From the NCBI GenBank assembly GCA_958009085.1, contig OY253684.1:124001-188000 (forward strand): a stretch of DNA of 64,000 bases, in the 5' to 3' direction. The stretch's first letter is position 1. The number at the start of each line of letters is the position of its first letter. This DNA comes from Protoeuglena noctilucae. Lineage: Eukaryota. This document shows positions 19,770-32,624 of the stretch, piece by piece. The notes below the pieces were generated by a model. The model was not told where the DNA came from. It worked only from the letters and a program-made list of their open reading frames with translations, and did no database searches. A program made the translations under genes and the position numbers.

Positions 19770-21951
19770 ATGTCGGCCATCGCGTGCGTCACGCTCGCCG
19801 CCCGCGCCCCCTCGGCCGCGGCGCCGGCTCGGAAGAGCCACCAGGTACTTGGCCGCGTTGAATGCCGCACTGCGTTGCCCTACTGGACTCCTGCCGACCG
19901 CACCTGCTTTGTTTATACCTCAGATGACGACGCAGCAACCCTGAGCTCTCGTATGTCGAACCGCGGGCCCCTGCTGCGCGAAGTGCCATACAAAGGGTTG
20001 CGGCGCCCGAACGATCGCACGGGCGACATAGTGGGCGACGGTTGCGAGCATCGCTTAGTGACGGATGCACATGGTCCATCGCCGCGTTATCGTGCGCTGG
20101 CGACGGCCCTGCGAGGCCCGGCAGGGGAGCGCCTGCCAGCGGCCTACATCTACGCCCTCCTGCGCCGCGTCCCGCAGTCCCGCGTCGCCGCGAGGGCGAC
20201 GAGCACCTCTGCCAAGGATGCGTCTGCAGTGCGTGAGTGCCACTCCCACAGCCCTCTTGCTCTGCCGCTTTGGCCCGTCCCTTGCAACTCCCGGCTGCGC
20301 TGCGCCCCGCATCGCCCCCCGCGCCGTCCGCTCCTTCGCCGCCCGACGGCAACGCAAACAATATGTTAATTTATGCAGGGGCGCCCTCTGTGGCCGACCG
20401 CAAGGAGCTCCCGCGCGTGCTGACCCGCGAGCGCGTCCAGTCGCTTGAGGCAGAGCTCGACTCCGGCGCTTCGGTCAAGGCCCTCCGGCGCTTCAACGAC
20501 AACATCGCCAAGCTCGACAAGGACACCTGGGCCGCCAAGCTGCGCCCCGGTGCGTGCCGCAGGCGTGCACACGCGACTGCACCAACGTCGGACAGTCACT
20601 CAACCTCGCAGCATGGTTGCCTTCCCGCAGTGTTCAATGAACTGGCCCACAACCTCGAGACCTTCAACCCCGCCTTCACGGCCGTGGTCCTTAAGGTCCA
20701 GATGACGGTGGGCGAGTCCGGTGAGCTGGCCACACTACGAGAGCTGTGGTTGGGACTGTAACTGGGGGACTATGGTTGATACCTGTATGTTGCAGTGGCG
20801 TCGTAGTCGTTGCGACGACAGCTCTGCGCGATGGCAGCTCTGCCACCCAGACGTCTCTGCATGGGCCAGGTTGCCGGCAGCATCACCCACTCCCCACCAC
20901 CCGACCCCCTCACACGCCCAGCTACCGTTCAGCTACCATCACCCCTGCATTCCCGTCCCTGGTACCACCCCAGACTACGACCGTCGCGACACGGCCCTCC
21001 AGCACCTGATCCAGCCCTTGGCTGGCGAGTACGGCCTGGCCATCGGGCAGCCGCTGATGAAGACCCACCGCCGCCTGTTTGCGGAGTGGTACGAGTCGGT
21101 CATGCACGAGCCCCTCGCCGCGCTCCTCGGCGAGGGCGCGGCGCCCGTCCACTCCCTCAAGCTCTTCAGCAAGATGATCGGCGACATCCAGGCGAGTCAC
21201 TGGATTCACACGCTGGCCGGCATCAGTGCAATGCCAGACATCTGCAGCTGCCCAACGCCGAGCTGCCGATGAGGACGCGACCCTCATCACCCGCGCTCCT
21301 CATATCAACCTTTACCTCATCTCACGCTCCATTGTTCTCAATCGCAACCACACTCTGCTTACCGCTACCACCGCCACCCCCGCAGACGGGTGGCGGCCAC
21401 CCCGGCGCCCTGGCCCAGGCCTCCTATGCGATGGGCTACAACCTCGCGATCGAGTACCTGGCCGATTACGAGAAGACGTGGATGCTCGACTCGTTCCGTG
21501 CCTTTGACAACCGCGTGCTGTCGCAGCAGGGGAGGGAGGTCGAGTATTTGTTCCTGGAGGTCCACGCCGAGCACGAGTGCGAGCACGCCGCCATCGGGCA
21601 CGCGGCGTGCGTGGCGATGGTGCCGGAGGTGAGGGGGGGGTGGGTGTGGATGTATGTGTTGGGCACGCGGCGTGCGTGGCGATGGTGCCGGAGGTGAGGG
21701 GTGTGTGTGGTGGTGGGTGGGTGTACAGGGGGTTGATGTGCGAGTGCGAGCTTGTGGGTACCGGATGCGCCCGCTGTGGGTATGGGTGTATGCCCAAGGT
21801 CTTATGCTCTGTTATACTTGTAGTTCATGAGTACCAGCATCCCCTCATCCCCCCCTCCCCAGGCCCACGAGCCCATTGTGCGTGAGGCCATGCTCAAGCA
21901 CGACGCCGACCTGGCCGCCTTCTACAACGCCCTCGCCGACATGCTCGAGTG
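19770..21951 (+). CDS. Plastid-targeted heme-oxygenase-like diiron oxidase (iron-containing redox enzyme family)
   Basis: Ala/Ser/Arg-rich transit peptide, then the ligand pattern E(YG)-x12-H(RRLF) ... AIEY ... H-x3-E-x2-H (HAEHECEH); seven in-frame exons. Confidence 0.75.
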
Positions 21952-22820
21952 ATACAAGCATGAATGCAGTGTTGTTCAGCTGTTGTTGTTGAAAGTGGAC
22001 AGGAGCAACACGACACAGGGCAAGTGGGTAGCCCTGGCCACGCCAGCAGTCATGGACTGGCGGTGGGGGGCTGTGGGGTGCGAAAAGAGGGTTTACAGGG
22101 AGGGGCTGGCTGTTGGAGGTGCACGCATGGGCATGGACGACCGAGAGCGCTCGTTGTGCTGAGCCTGACACACTCGTGCCCTGACGAAGCAAGGGTCCAG
22201 CACCGTAGCGCCATTAACAGAAAATCACCGTGGTTGGTTCAAACTGCGACGGGCCAACCCATGGGAAAGGGGCCTTGTTTGTTAGGGACGCCGGCTCTTC
22301 TAAGAGACCATCCCAACAGGCCGTGGCTCTCTATGCACACTGGTCGCAAGCCTCGTGTGTTCCTTGCGTGTACCAGTTATCGACAAAACGAACGACGGGT
22401 ATGACCCTCAAGTGACCCTCGCACTCGCATATAACGGTAAGAGGCAATGGGGGTTGCGAGGGTTAACGACCCTGGTCGCCCATGTAAGGGCGCTTGCTAG
22501 GTAGAACACCACACATGACGTGACATGACAGCGAGCCGTCTCATGCCATCGCGCCACCCCAACGCACCAGCCCCCAGGGTCCCCGGTGCTGGGGAAGCTG
22601 GTGCTAAAGAGGGGGCCCTCGCTAACACAACACTGGTGACACCCCAAGGGTTGCCCCCTAGCCTGGGCCATGCCCATGTCGTGCGCTAACCCGGTCGCCC
22701 CCTTTCCGGCATAGTTGGACCATAAAACGTGCGTGCCCCTCAGAGCGTCCCCAGGGATAAAGGCACCAGAGATTCCTTTCCACGCTCCTTTTGAGGCCCC
22801 GTGACACCCCACCCCCCCCC

Positions 22821-25800
22821 TCAGAGCGTGCCCAGAGACATGGGCCCCCCCACCGACTTGTTGGCGCCACCCGCCTTGCCCGACCCCGACCCGGCCATGC
22901 GGAAGACGTAGTTGGTGAAGAAACAGCCGTAGTATCCCTGCAAGTATGTGGGGGAGGCGTCAAGGTGTTGAGTGAATGATGAGCACTTAGACGGACACCG
23001 GCATTGGCAAGCGCCATCGTATGCCATCATGCCATATCATCCGAGTAGCACTACCTATGCCAATCGCTATCGTTACGTATAACCATCGACTGTACTAGCA
23101 CCCATCCCACACCTCACTGCACCCCTCATCTCACCTTGCCCCTCTCCTCGGCAGCACTGGACGTATCTATGATAAACACCTCACTGCACCCCTCATCTCA
23201 CCTTCCCCCTCTCCTTGGCAGCACTGGAGGTGTCGATGATGAACACCTCACTGAAGTCCACCCCCTCGTCCTCGCCCCCCCGCACCAGCGACCCGGACTG
23301 GCCCCCCCGGAAAGCGATCGTGCCCGTGGCGTGCACCATAATGAGGGCCTTGCCGCGGCTCCCCGTCGCCAGCCGCTGCGTCATCACGTTGCCGAGACGG
23401 CGGGACGCGCCGCCCAGCCGCCGGTCCAGCTCGGCCACCTGGGGGGGTGTGAGAGGGGATTTGAATACTGTCACAATGTTGCAGTGGATGATACGAGAAT
23501 GGGAACATCACATTGGGACTCGGGCGCTGGTCCAGCTCTGCAACAGAGGTGATGGATGAGCGTCATCCCACTTGCACCAGCCAAGCATACCACCACTCCT
23601 TCTCAGCCACCCCACCTCCCCTGCTACCCCTCTTATCCCCATCTCCCCCCTCACCTGTCTGAGCCTGGCCGCCGCGTTGCCCGGCCCCGCCCCCGCGTCC
23701 CCGTTGATGCGGATGTCCGCCCCCTCCGTGAACAGCGCGGCCGCCTTATCCACTCCCTTGACCCCCATATCCAGAAACATATGAAGGCGATTGACCATGA
23801 GCCACGCCGTGTCGTTGATCTTCTCATCCACGTTGCTGTGCCTGGCGACGAACTTGCTCAGATCCGCGTCCCTCCCCCGGTGCCTCCGCACCCACGGATG
23901 GTCCCTTAGTTCGCTGACAGAGGCGCGGTGCTGCGGGTCCTTCTCCATGCAGCGGCGAACGAACTCGACGAACTCGGGGGAGAAGTCGCCGCCCTCGTCG
24001 GTGCTCTGGGGGGGGGTGGGGTGGGTGGGGTATGTTGGTGGGGTGAGGTGCGGGGGGTGTTGGTGGGTGTGGGGGATGGAGGGGTTGGGGTGGGGTGCAT
24101 GTTGGTGGGTGTGTGGGTGTGTGGGTGTGGGGGGTGAGTGAGGGGGACGTGGCGACGCTAAAAGCGCCGTTGGCATGCGCTACCTGTATTTGTGCTTGTC
24201 TCTTTCTCACTCCCTCTCCCTCTCTCTCTTTCCCCCTCACCTTGGGCAGCGGCACCATGTCCTCGCATATGTGGATCATAAGCTGCAGCGGCCCCACCCC
24301 CGCGTCGTACGGGTACCGCCCTAACGCGCACTCCAGCAGCGTCAGCCCCAGCGACCAGACGTCCGCTTTGGAGTCGTAGGGCTTGGAGTTGATGCGCTCG
24401 GGGGACATGTAGGTCACCGTGCCCGCGTAGGTGATGCACTGCGCCAGCGTGTTCTCGTTGCTCTGGGGGGGGAGAGGGGGATGGGTGATGTGAGATGAGA
24501 CAGTAGGGAAGGGAACGAAGCCCGCGTGTCGTCGTCGCTCTGCAAATCTGGGAGTGGGTACCCCAACCCCAACCCCGCAACCCCCATCATCCATTACAAC
24601 ACCCATTTCTCACACGCCCCCCCTCCCCCTCTCCACCACCCACCTTGGCAATCCCGAAGTCCGACAGCTTGGCCTGCCCCAGGCTCGAGACGAGGATGTT
24701 GGCCGGCTTGATGTCCCGGTGCACCGTGTGCTTCTGGTGCATCGACCACAGACCCTCCAGCACGTCCGCCGTGATCTTCCCGAGGATGGGCTCGGGGATC
24801 GTGCCCACCGCCCCGTTGTGCTCCGCGCACCGCTTCATGAGGTCCGCCAGGCTGCCGCCATCCATGTACTCAAGGGCCAATGAGATGTCCTGGGGTGGGT
24901 GACGAATCGGAGTTGTTTTGAGCAATGTGCGGTGACAGGGAGGGCCAGGGGCAGCTCAGGTGACAAGGCTGGCAGCAAACGCGTCACGAGGGTGGCGGCA
25001 CAAGCGCCTCGCTCCCCTTCCCCCAGGCAATCCGATCCACTCCAATCCAAGCAACTCGCTGGGCTCGACCACAACCACTCTCGCCTGTTCGGAGGACATG
25101 AAAGCTCCCATGAAGGACACCAGCCCCGGGCACTCCTTCTGGTACAGCACCAGCAGCGTGTGGAGATCCTTGAGCATCTGCGACCGCTGCTGCTTCTCCA
25201 GGTGGCTGATGCGCTTCAACGCCACGAACCGGTTGATGCGGGGGTAGAAGGCCTTGGAGACGGTCGCGGAGGCGCCGTATCCGATGACCTTGACAGACTT
25301 CAGGTCGCTCTCGCGCAGGTGGATCGAAGTGCCGCCCTGGCCGTCCACAACCATGCCGTCCTTCGAAAACTTGTACGTCGCGCCGCCCTCGCCGCTGCGG
25401 GGAGGTGGGGGAAGCGCGGCGGTCACCCTCCCAACGCATGCTGATGCCCGGGCGCCGGCGCGCGGCGGGGAAAAGGCCCAAGCACCTGAGAATCACGCCA
25501 TGGTCGTCGATGTAGATGGATTGGCTGAACTTGGATTCGAGCTCGGAGGTGTCCGAGGGCGCTGCGGGCACGGCAAGCATTCGCGCCGTTCAGGGTGCAG
25601 GAGGATCGCGGGGCGCCGGCGTGCCCGGGCGTCCGGACGACGCAGCGACGGTCCTACAGCAAGAAGCTGCACGCGGCGAGGGGCCCCGGGGCGCGAACGG
25701 GCGCGCACAGGCCGCGAACCCAGAACCGGGGCCGAGGCAAAGCCCCGCGATGCCCCCGCAGTCCCGCGCAGCGAGGGTGGCACGACAGGCCTACGTGGCG

Positions 25801-25968
25801 CGACGCGCGCGCGTTGAGCGAACGCATCTAGCCGTCGGTGCGGCGCGGCGGGTGCAGGGCAGGAACGCGTCCGGACAGGCCACGGGCAGCGCCTGCGCCG
25901 GCACCTGCGCCGGGGTCGTTGGCAATGGCCAGTTGAAGGCCTGGCCTCTTGACTCCAGGTGGTGGCAT
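22821..25968 (-). CDS. MKK3: MAP kinase kinase, MKK3 type (kinase plus C-terminal NTF2-like domain)
   Basis: Motifs [37 protein letters not shown] and T-x5[14 protein letters not shown]. An N-terminal KRPGLQL resembles a docking motif, and a ~150-aa C-terminal extension contains FSEVFII. Confidence 0.88.
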
Positions 25969-26464
25969 GGCGGGGGCTGGGGACGTCGCCCCGCAGCTGC
26001 ACCCGTGCCGGCGCGGTTCCCTTCTCGACTCCGGCGCGCAGGGACCTGCGCGGAGGGTCACGCGCCGGCAGTCCAGTCACGGTGGACTCGACTTCGACTC
26101 CGCGATGGCGCATTGAGCGGAAGCATCGACCATCTCCTGCACTCGGAGTTTTCGAGAAGCGCCGCGCACGGTTCCCTTGCCTCTGGCGAGAAAGACGCTT
26201 GCTTTTGCTCCGGCTTCTTCGCGATGGCGGGTGGGGAGCGCAGCGAGGGTCCGCGGGATGCCGAATGTGTTTAGACAAGTGGAGAGGCCAAGCGATGTCC
26301 GATATCGCCAAGATGCACGACGTTGTGTGGGCGAGGCAGGCGCGGGAGGGCAGATCTCGAACGACGGGGTATTTGTTCTGGCAGTAGGGCAAAAAGCCGG
26401 CTTTCCATCCTCGTGGCCAGCTCGTCCCTCGACCATTCGAACGAATGTAGTAACGTATACGGCG

Positions 26465-28464
26465 ATGAGGGGTGCCGCTCGTGTCACCCCTCTCGTGCCG
26501 GGGGCCGTGCACTGGCCCTCGCTACGTCCGTGCGCTTGCGTCCGCTCCCCTCGCCGCCTTCTCGCGTGGAGCAGGCCGTGCCTTGAGCCTCCGAAGCGCA
26601 GTCATGCCCGCACTTGCGCAAGTCCTGCGGCCGCCGCTTTGAGGGCGCCGACGGCGTCCCCGCACGGTTTGCGGGATTGGGAAGGGCTGGCCGCGTGGCG
26701 CCGCGCGCCTCAGGACGAGCGGTGGACCTGGACGGACCAGGGTCCCACGTAAGTTCCGCGGTGTTGGTTCGGAACATGCAAAGCCACGCCTGTTCCAGAG
26801 CTGCGCTCGCGAACCCTGAAGACCATGACCTTTTCTTCCTTCTCAACAAAACAAGGACCCCTTACCCGCTCCCGCCCAGGGTCCCCGCACCAGGAGAGTG
26901 CACGCCCGCGGGCGGCGCGTGGCTGCAAGCCCCCAGCCCCAACACATCGCTGGCGGTGTGCGCGCGCGAGGTCCTTGCCGCAGCGGACCCCTGGGAGAAG
27001 ATTGCCCGCGCGCACGGAGCCTTTGCCGCCCTGAACAACGGCCTCCCCATCGGCACCGCCGTTTTGTGGTCCGGCCCACCCGCGCGCCCATCCAAGCCCC
27101 GCCTGGTGCCCGCTCGCGAGGTGCCCGGACCCAAAGAGGCGGGCCTCCCCCTCAACGCCTACATGCTCCACAACCTGGCTCACATTGAGCTCAATGCGAT
27201 TGACCTGGCCATGGACACTGTTCTGCGATTCTGTCATTACCCGATGCCGCGGGCGTTTTTCGCCGACTTTGCGAGGGTCGCTGACGAGGAGGCGCGGCAC
27301 CTGGGGTGGTGCTTGCAGGTGAGGGGTGAGGTGTTTGGTTTGGGGTGGGTGGTGTTTGCAGCGGTGGTGCTTGCAGGTGTGACTAACCCTTTCACTCCTC
27401 CTCCACCAACCCACGATGTATGCCATCCCGCCATCTATGCCACCCCACCATACCCCCTCTCCCCAACCTGCCCCGCCCATCACGCCCCTCCTCCTTCCCC
27501 ACATTCCTCACCCCGCCATGTCTGCCACCCCACCACACCCCTCCCCTCCCCCACATCGTCACCTGCAGCGTATGGCGGAGCTGGGCCGCGCGTACGGCGA
27601 CATGCCCGCCCACGGCCTCCTCTGGGCAGGATGCGAGGCATCAGGGGGAGATGTGAGGGCGCGACTGGCAGTGGTGCCCATGAGTCAGGAAGCACGTGGT
27701 CTGGATGCGGGGCCGCGGCTGGTGGAGCGGCTGGTGGGGGCGGGGGACCACCGGACGGCGGCAGTCGTGGCGCGGATCGCGGCGGAGGAGGCAAGGGGCG
27801 GGGTTGCATGGGGTTGCATGGTTGTGCATGGGGTGGCAGGGGTCGTGTTGTTGGTGGCATGCTGGCAACCGCGTCTTGCCAAGTCACACAGTATCACTAT
27901 ATCGTGTAGTGGTTACTTGTGATAGTATTGTATTTCCATACAACAGCCATCTAACATCAACAATGCATCCCGTCCCCCTCCCCCCGTGCACCACAGGTAG
28001 CGCACGTGGCGGTAGGCGCTTCGTGGTTCCGGCGCGTTTGTGCCGCACAGGGCCGCGACCCATCCACCGTCTTCCGCACTGTTCTGAGCACCGTGGATTT
28101 GGACCTATTCCGTGGATCGCTCAATCACGAGGCGAGGGCGACGGCGGGGCTGGAGAGGCATTGGTACGACCCAGCACCTACCCTTAGAGTGGCGGGGGGC
28201 AAGGGGAGGGGAGCGGGTGCAAATGCGAGGGGTGTGGCAGTGGGCGGGGTGCGGGAGGGAGTGGTGGGGGGCGCAAGTGGGGGTGCGGGGGGGGCGGTGG
28301 GCGGGGCGAGTGGGGGTGGGAGTGGCATGGCGGTCGATGAAGATGGGGATGCGGTCACGTGTGGGCTAGAGCGGATGAGTGAGGAGGAGGTGGCGGAGCT
28401 GGGGAGGGTTCTGCAGGCCTGGTGTGCGTTTGAGGAGGGGGCGGGGGCGGGGGAGGTGTCTTGA
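26465..28464 (+). CDS. DUF455 family ferritin-like protein with organellar presequence
   Basis: Motifs HNLAHIELNAIDLA.D, DEEARH, YGDMPAH, EARGLDAGP and EEVAHVAVG..WF. Confidence 0.88.
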
Positions 28465-28572
28465 TGCTTTTTGGGGTGAAGTCTCGACGCAATTATGGTT
28501 GGCCGCACCAATCACAATGTGTCTCATCGTGCACTCTTCAAGCAAGAACCGCTGTCCACCTCCACAACCCCC

Positions 28573-31500
28573 TCACTGCTGCAGCCGCTGCTTCTTACGC
28601 GGCCCCCCCCCACCCCCCCCGCCCCTCCTCCCCCCCTCGCCCCTCCCCTTCCCGAACGCAGCGTCGTCCCCCCACCCCTTCCCCTCCATAAACGTCTCCA
28701 GTTCCCTCAGCTCCTTGTCCACGCCCTTCTTGGCCTTCATCTTCTCTCTGTGATGGGGAGAAGCATGGGGTGTTGGGAAATGGAGCGATGGGTGAGAAAA
28801 GAAGCAGTGGGTGCTGAAGTGTTGTATGGCATTGGTGGGTGAGGTGGGTGAGAGGGGGAGTGGGGAGAGGTGGGGGAGGGAGAGTGAGCAAGCCGCGTAT
28901 CCAACACAGACCTATGCCATGTCCCTATCACTTTATTCCCTCCAACAGCCACGCACCACGCCCCCATATCACCCCCCTCACTTGAGGCTGCCCACGCGCC
29001 CGTCCCCCTTCTTCACCCCAAACTGGAACGCGGCCCTGGGCATCGTCTCCTGCTGCAATTTATACTTATCATATTCCTCCTGAGTCGCGAAGTCGTGCCT
29101 CTGCTTGACCGTCCCTTTCTTCAATTGCACATCATCCGCGTGCATGAGATTCTCCTCATCGTCCCCCGCGAACTCCTCGCCGAACTCCCGCTGGAAATCC
29201 GGGAATAGTTCCTCGTAGGCGTCACCGTCCGCTAAAGAAAGGCCGGCCGCTGGGGGCTTGGTGGCGGTGGGGGCGGTGGGGGCGGGGGCGGGGCGGAGGG
29301 AGGGGCCGGTCTGCAAGGGTGGGGGGGGGGATGAGGGGTGTTGGGGTAGTGTGGGGAGGGTGGGGTGTGGAGATCCGGGGGGACTGAGGGTGGGGTGTGT
29401 GGGATGGGGGAGGGGTGAGGGTGGGGAGGGTGGGGTGTGCAAGAGGGCGAGTGTGGGCACGTGAGCATGCAGTGACACAGTAGAAATGAGAGCAGCACAT
29501 TGTGACACCCAATCACTACTATGACATATGTACATGCATCACACACCCATCGCCACTCACGTGCACCCCCGGCATAACGCGTTGCCTGGCAAAGGGATCC
29601 TTGGCACCCGACCCACTCGTCGCCGCCAGGCCCACCCGTGGCGGCCCTGCATCCATCCCTGCATTACCATAGCCCATTGCACCAGATGCCACATGATAGC
29701 CTGCTGCAGCAGCGGCGGTGGCTGGGGGGTAGGCGTAGGCGTTGGGGGCGGTGGGGTAGTAGCCGGTGTAGGGCGCGCCCGCGGGGGGTGGGGCGAACTG
29801 CGGGGGGGAAGGGAGGGGGTGCGGGTGGGTGTGGCGGGAGTCATGGAACGGGCACAGCGAGCAACTGAATGTAAATGTGAATATGACTGTGAATATGAGA
29901 AACATGCTACACGCACAGCGATTGTCAGCCCCTCACCCCTGGCGGTGGCGGCGGCGGCGGCGGTGCGCCCCACCCCTGCCCCGCTGCATCTGGCGGCGGC
30001 GGCGGCGGCGCTCCGTCCGCTTCGGTTAGCGGCGGCGGTGGGGGTGGGGGTGGCACCCCTGTCTCGTCTTCCGGTGGGGGGGGTGGCACGTCCTCTGCGC
30101 CCCTGGGCTTGGCCTTGGGTGCCGATGGGACGTAATCAGTGCCCGCGTCCTCAAATATATCATTGCCGTCGTCCGCAGCGGGCTGGGGGGCCGCGGGGGT
30201 GGGGGCGTGGCGCTTGGCGAGCGCTGCGGGGGAAAGGAAGGGAAAGGGGCATGTGTGCTAAAACTATATAGTTTTATCTCTAGACCTTCAGTTCCATGCA
30301 CATGCAATGAGGGAGAGGTGAGAGGGGCAGCTATACCCCCCTTCTCACCTCCCTGCCCCGCCACTTTGGCCTTGGGCGCGTGGTCCCGGAACTTCCCACC
30401 CCCCGCCCCCCCCTCCTCCACCCCACCCCCCACCCCATGCCCCTGCACCCCATCCACATCCGCGTCACCCTCCGCTGGCTCGTTAAATTTGCCGCCCCCC
30501 ACAATTGCCCGCGCCCTCATGCGCTCCTTCCAGGCCTTGCTGCCCTTCTTGCCGTACGCAAAGACCTCGCCCACGCCCTGCGAGTGGGGCGAGGGGTGCG
30601 CGTGGCGCGTTGGTAAATGAATGCATGTAGTGTGCAAATAAGAGTCTCTTGCCATGCTATCCTCGCTTCCTCGCCCCATGTGCTTTCTCCCCTGCCGCCC
30701 CAGCGCCCCAGTCACCTCCCGCACCCCCCAGACACGTAATACTAATATCCAATGGCTGGTTTCTAATGATAACTATATTCATAGTATCTATAAACACGTC
30801 GACCCAGCTACTCACCTCGAGCACCGCCCGGTCCACGGCCCCCGTGAGGAACTGCGAGGGCACGCGCACTTCCTCGGATGGCAGCAGGCGCACCACGGGC
30901 ATGTCCGACGCCAGCTCCGATGTGTCGTACGCGAACTTGACCTTGTGGGGCTGCGAGAGAGGGGAGAAGTGAAGGGTTGCAAGTGAGTGTAAGGGTGAGT
31001 GGATGCTAACGCTCTTCTTCCTCAGCACCCACGCTACCCTCAATCACTCTCCCCCCATCACTCACCTCGATGCGCCCCACCAGTGACCTCGTCTTCTTCC
31101 CCAGCACCAACGCCGCCACCGTCGCTGCCAGCCCCGTGAGGCTCTCCGCGTCCAGCTCCACCTCCTCCACGTCCTGACGGGCGATGAAAAGGAGCGTGTT
31201 TTGTGTATATTGTATCAATGCAGCATAGATAGAAGTAGTCACACAGCAGGGCGCACCACCCACACTCGACCCGTCCACGTTTGACACTCGCAGCAGCTAT
31301 TCCCGAAACCGCTACTCACCTGCTTCGCCTTCTCTTCCTCCTCTTGCTTGGCCATCTTTTCCCGCACGACCTTGAGCAGCGCGTAGTCCAGGCCGCGCAC
31401 AAAGTGCGTGTGCTTGTCATCACCACCCAAATACCGAGACGCCTCGATGCGGATGCGACGCTTCTCCTCCTCCGGAAGACTCTCGTCGATGTTGTAAACT

Positions 31501-32174
31501 GCAGCCACGGGAGCGGAGGAGAACGGCTGCGACAGCGGCGCGGGATCCCACGCCAACACCTAGCCGCAGTTCTGCATGGTCAGCCCGGCGCGATTAGCAA
31601 ACTCCCGCACCCTTCAAAATGGCCTCCTCGTCGATGGCTTCCGGGTCCGTGTCGAGGCCCTTCCGGCGCGCCTCGGCCCTGCGCGCGGGGGAGCGCAGGG
31701 GCGTGTCGCAGATAGATGGCTGGCGCTTTGGGACACGCCAAGAACTCGCACATGCACTCCGCGCACCTATCGACGTATTTGGGCTTGTCAACCTCCTCCT
31801 CTTCCTCTCCCTTGGGCCCCGGCGCCCGCTGGCGGGCCATCCTCGCGTACTTCTTCTTCTTCTCCCGCTGGGCCTCCACCTGCGTGCGCGCGGGATGCAA
31901 AGACGATCCAAACAGGTCATATGTGTTTATGTTCATCAATATCATGCATCGAATGGCCGGTTGGACGCATGGGGCGCCGGCGACGGGTGACGAAGAGCAG
32001 TGGGGTCGGGACGATGGCCCTGGAGGAGCGCGGGGAGATGCCCCAGCGCAGATGCGAGGAGGAGGTGCACCAATGAACAAGCAGGGTGCCGGCACACACC
32101 TTAGCGGTCGCGTCCCCCGCCTTCCGCCGCTCCAGCATCTTTCGGAAGTCATCGTTGGTCAGCGACCCCGCCAT
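28573..32174 (-). CDS. SMU2: Spliceosomal protein RED (IK/SMU2)
   Basis: Motifs LTNDDFRKML, KPKYVDR, YLGGDDKHTHFVRGLDYALLKVVR, DAYEELFP and MPRAAFQFGVKKGDGR. Confidence 0.92.
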
Positions 32175-32624
32175 CTCGCCGCCGGCGCCTCGGTCCGTGC
32201 CGCGACGGCGGCGACGTTACGCGGGGGCTGGCCGCCCGCTCTCTGCGTCCGCTGCCCTTGCAGAGAGGGAACGGGGCCAGGCAACACGCAGAGCGCACGA
32301 TCCCGGTGAACCAGCGCGCCTCCACCTACCAGACTGGTTGCTGAAAGAGCGCTGATAGCGCAATGGCTTCCAAAGCCATCACTGCCAGTCGTAGGCTGCC
32401 GTCAGGCCGTGCCAGCGACCGTGCCAGCTCTGCGATGAAGAAGAGACGCTCAGCTCCGCTGCTGTCTCATCCAGACAACGTCGTAGCAGCATCAGCGCGC
32501 TTTCTTAGCCGCACCTTGCAGACAGCGGCAGCGGGACAAAGGCAGAGAGGACAAACCCTTGGCTCCGCTGACTACTTTGGAACTATTTCCAGCTCCTGGG
32601 ACGTGCATCGGACACTGGCGGGGG

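Noticed and set aside
19920..19960. ATGACGA...CTGA in HDO intron 1 as a C/D snoRNA
   Set aside because: No terminal stem or recognisable rRNA antisense element.
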